A stretch of 31,296 nucleotides of DNA from a virus (lineage: Duplodnaviria > Caudoviricetes), in the IMG/VR virus record IMGVR_UViG_3300017774_005843, positions 1-31,296 of that record; one strand, given 5' to 3'. The translations under genes were made by a program, and so were the position numbers. The notes beneath the pieces were generated by a model, which ran no database searches, was not told the origin of the DNA, and was given only the letters and a program-made list of their open reading frames with translations. Positions 30,219 to 31,296 of this stretch are shown here, piece by piece. Each line of letters begins with the position of its first letter. Within the stretch, counting starts at the first letter, position 1.

Positions 30219-31296
30219 TACCAGAATCCTCCTTTGATTAGGTCACCATTGGCAAACCCTTTGAGACTGAACTGCTTGCTGACCTGGCTGCGTGTTTGCA
30301 CAGGTATTAATGTGATGTCAATATCCATTTTGGTAGGTACATAATTGGCCAGTTGTTGGTTGTTTACACTGGCCACCACAGGGTCAGGGGCAGGTTTTGT
30401 TGCTGGAAAAAATCTTTCTAGGCCGGCATTTAAAATACGATTACCTGTGGCTCCAAGACCAGCTGCTCCTGCTGCTTTGCCAGGAGTACGACGACTCAGT
30501 AGATCTGTTCCGTAGTTGTTGACACTGCTAGCACGTATATAGTCCACGCCGTCAGGCAGGTTGTATTGAAATGAGGTAACCACACACGGGTGTCCATAAA
30601 ATTGATTCATTCCAAATCCGCTGAGATACACCAGAGGTGGTGGCGAACCTCGTTGTTCGTCTTTGCCGTAGAACATCTTGGTCACGCTGCGAAAAAAGTG
30701 AATCACTGCCAGCAGGTAGTCAGCTTCGCGAGTGTCTTGTGCAGTGAATATGCCTTTAATATTTAGATCGTCCACTCGGCTGTTCTTGTAGTACACGCCT
30801 CGATAGTTTGAGTGCACAAGATCATACTGCTCGTAGTTGGCCCGGTACGTGGTGTTGATTTGGGGTGTGTAGGGAAATATCACACCATTGGTTGATGCTA
30901 GTGGGCCTAGTATTCCTGGAGGACTGGCATTGTACAGATAGTTGGACGTGGGTGCCAACTGCAGTCGCAGTCGCCAATCTGCACTGCCTTGTTTTTTGTA
31001 CACACTGTTGAGTGTGGCCTGATTGATAGCACTTGCTTGTGCAGCTTTTTGTTGTCGTGCAAGTATTTCTTCGTCAGACAGACTGCCAGCGCCAGGATCA
31101 GCTTCGGCTGGAGAACCACCTGTGGGTTGAGGTACTGGGCGAGGCTCAAACACTCTAGGCCCAGGATCAGCTTCGGCTGGAGAACCACCTGTGGGTTGAG
31201 TAACTGCCGCAGGTGAGGCAGTGCCAGCGCCTGGATCAGCTTCGGCTGGAGAACCACCTGTGGGTTGAGTAACTGCCGCAGGTGAGGCAGTGCCAG
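30218..31296 (-). CDS. Tail-tube initiator / baseplate protein (gp48/gp54-like), 5'-truncated by the window edge
   Basis: The frame stays open from 31294 to the stop, so the track's start at 31153 (GTG) is internal. Core GVIFPYTPQI...HSNY...FTAQ...EA.YLLAVIHFFRSVTKMFYG...PPPLVYLSGFG...PCVVTSF.Y.LP..VDY...VPT is a tube-fold pattern and lies just upstream of the LysM/gp53-like gene. Confidence 0.7.
   Translation of the reverse strand, partial: GTASPAAVTQPTGGSPAEADPGAGTASPAAVTQPTGGSPAEADPGPRVFEPRPVPQPTGGSPAEADPGAGSLSDEEILARQQKAAQASAINQATLNSVYKKQGSADWRLRLQLAPTSNYLYNASPPGILGPLASTNGVIFPYTPQINTTYRANYEQYDLVHSNYRGVYYKNSRVDDLNIKGIFTAQDTREADYLLAVIHFFRSVTKMFYGKDEQRGSPPPLVYLSGFGMNQFYGHPCVVTSFQYNLPDGVDYIRASSVNNYGTDLLSRRTPGKAAGAAGLGATGNRILNAGLERFFPATKPAPDPVVASVNNQQLANYVPTKMDIDITLIPVQTRSQVSKQFSLKGFANGDLIKGGFW
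31085..31296. repeat. 69-bp-period coding tandem repeat (23 aa, GAGTASPAAVTQPTGGSPAEADP) with a 37-bp invariant core; continues past the window end
   Basis: Core ggatcagcttcggctggagaaccacctgtgggttgag is identical at 31095-31131, 31164-31200 and 31233-31269. The intervening segments are 32 nt, and the last two are identical as far as visible. Confidence 0.9.

Noticed and set aside
596-30220. Stop-codon reassignment (no gene here ends in TAG; 11 TAA and 2 TGA stops)
   Set aside because: About 10,000 codons of long ORFs are intact under the standard code with no in-frame TAG or TGA breaks, so there is no evidence of recoding. This is simple TAA preference.
366-31257. The many plus-strand and alternative-frame ORFs in the track (e.g. 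2370-2927, 11460-12140, 21392-21892, 24558-25043, 30907-31257)
   Set aside because: They lie within or overlap long, motif-bearing minus-strand genes, lack recognisable motifs, and look like antisense or frame shadows.
31095-31269. CRISPR array call for the 37-bp repeats
   Set aside because: The period is a multiple of 3, the frame is open and continuous with a structural gene, two of three intervals are identical, similarity extends beyond the core (gccagcgcc flank), and no cas genes are in the window.
19415-31296. Bacterial T6SS / eCIS / tailocin locus instead of a phage
   Set aside because: T4-like late promoter cores, a full-length gp6-type wedge, a fibre with an autocleaving chaperone, and the absence of Tss membrane-complex, ATPase or host genes all favour a large lytic myovirus.
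1-31296. tRNA, rRNA or other structured ncRNA genes
   Set aside because: Intergenic gaps are all 55 bp or shorter and are accounted for by promoters, RBSs or hairpins. No cloverleaf or T-loop signature was noticed.

Overview
This is a dense, gene-packed stretch of a large tailed dsDNA phage (myovirus) genome, with every credible gene on the minus strand. In transcription order (right to left) it encodes a contractile-tail baseplate module: a tube-initiator-like protein (gp48/gp54-like, 5'-truncated, with 69-bp coding repeats), a gp53/LysM-like wedge protein, a 1139-aa hub-like protein, a gp5/VgrG-like spike with no embedded T4 lysozyme, a ~514-aa modular protein of unknown role, gp25, gp6 (1189 aa, Gly/Ser tail) and a giant 4961-aa multidomain virion protein. 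Next come a 49-aa ORF missed by the ORF track, a 202-aa conserved structural protein, a 595-aa tail fibre with a C-terminal peptidase-G2-like autocleaving chaperone and a 321-aa Ser/Thr-rich structural protein. After a terminator-like hairpin, a sigma70-type promoter precedes a 102-aa protein and a GT-A glycosyltransferase that runs off the left edge. Four T4-like late-promoter cores (TAAATA) sit just upstream of gene starts. Gene content and order resemble, from my recollection and not from a search, distant T4 relatives of the RaK2/GAP32/Atu_ph07 type and their uncultured aquatic relatives. The most notable observations are: an RBS-occluding hairpin with a late promoter in its loop (gp6); predicted leaderless transcripts; a 7-bladed FG-GAP propeller, a self-nested degenerate cupredoxin-like domain and CBM-like repeats in the giant protein; a 15-aa motif duplicated with synonymous codon divergence in the hub protein; a possible spike-associated cargo protein; and a glycosyltransferase next to Ser/Thr-rich tail proteins. 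All product calls come from motif recognition by eye; no database search was run.
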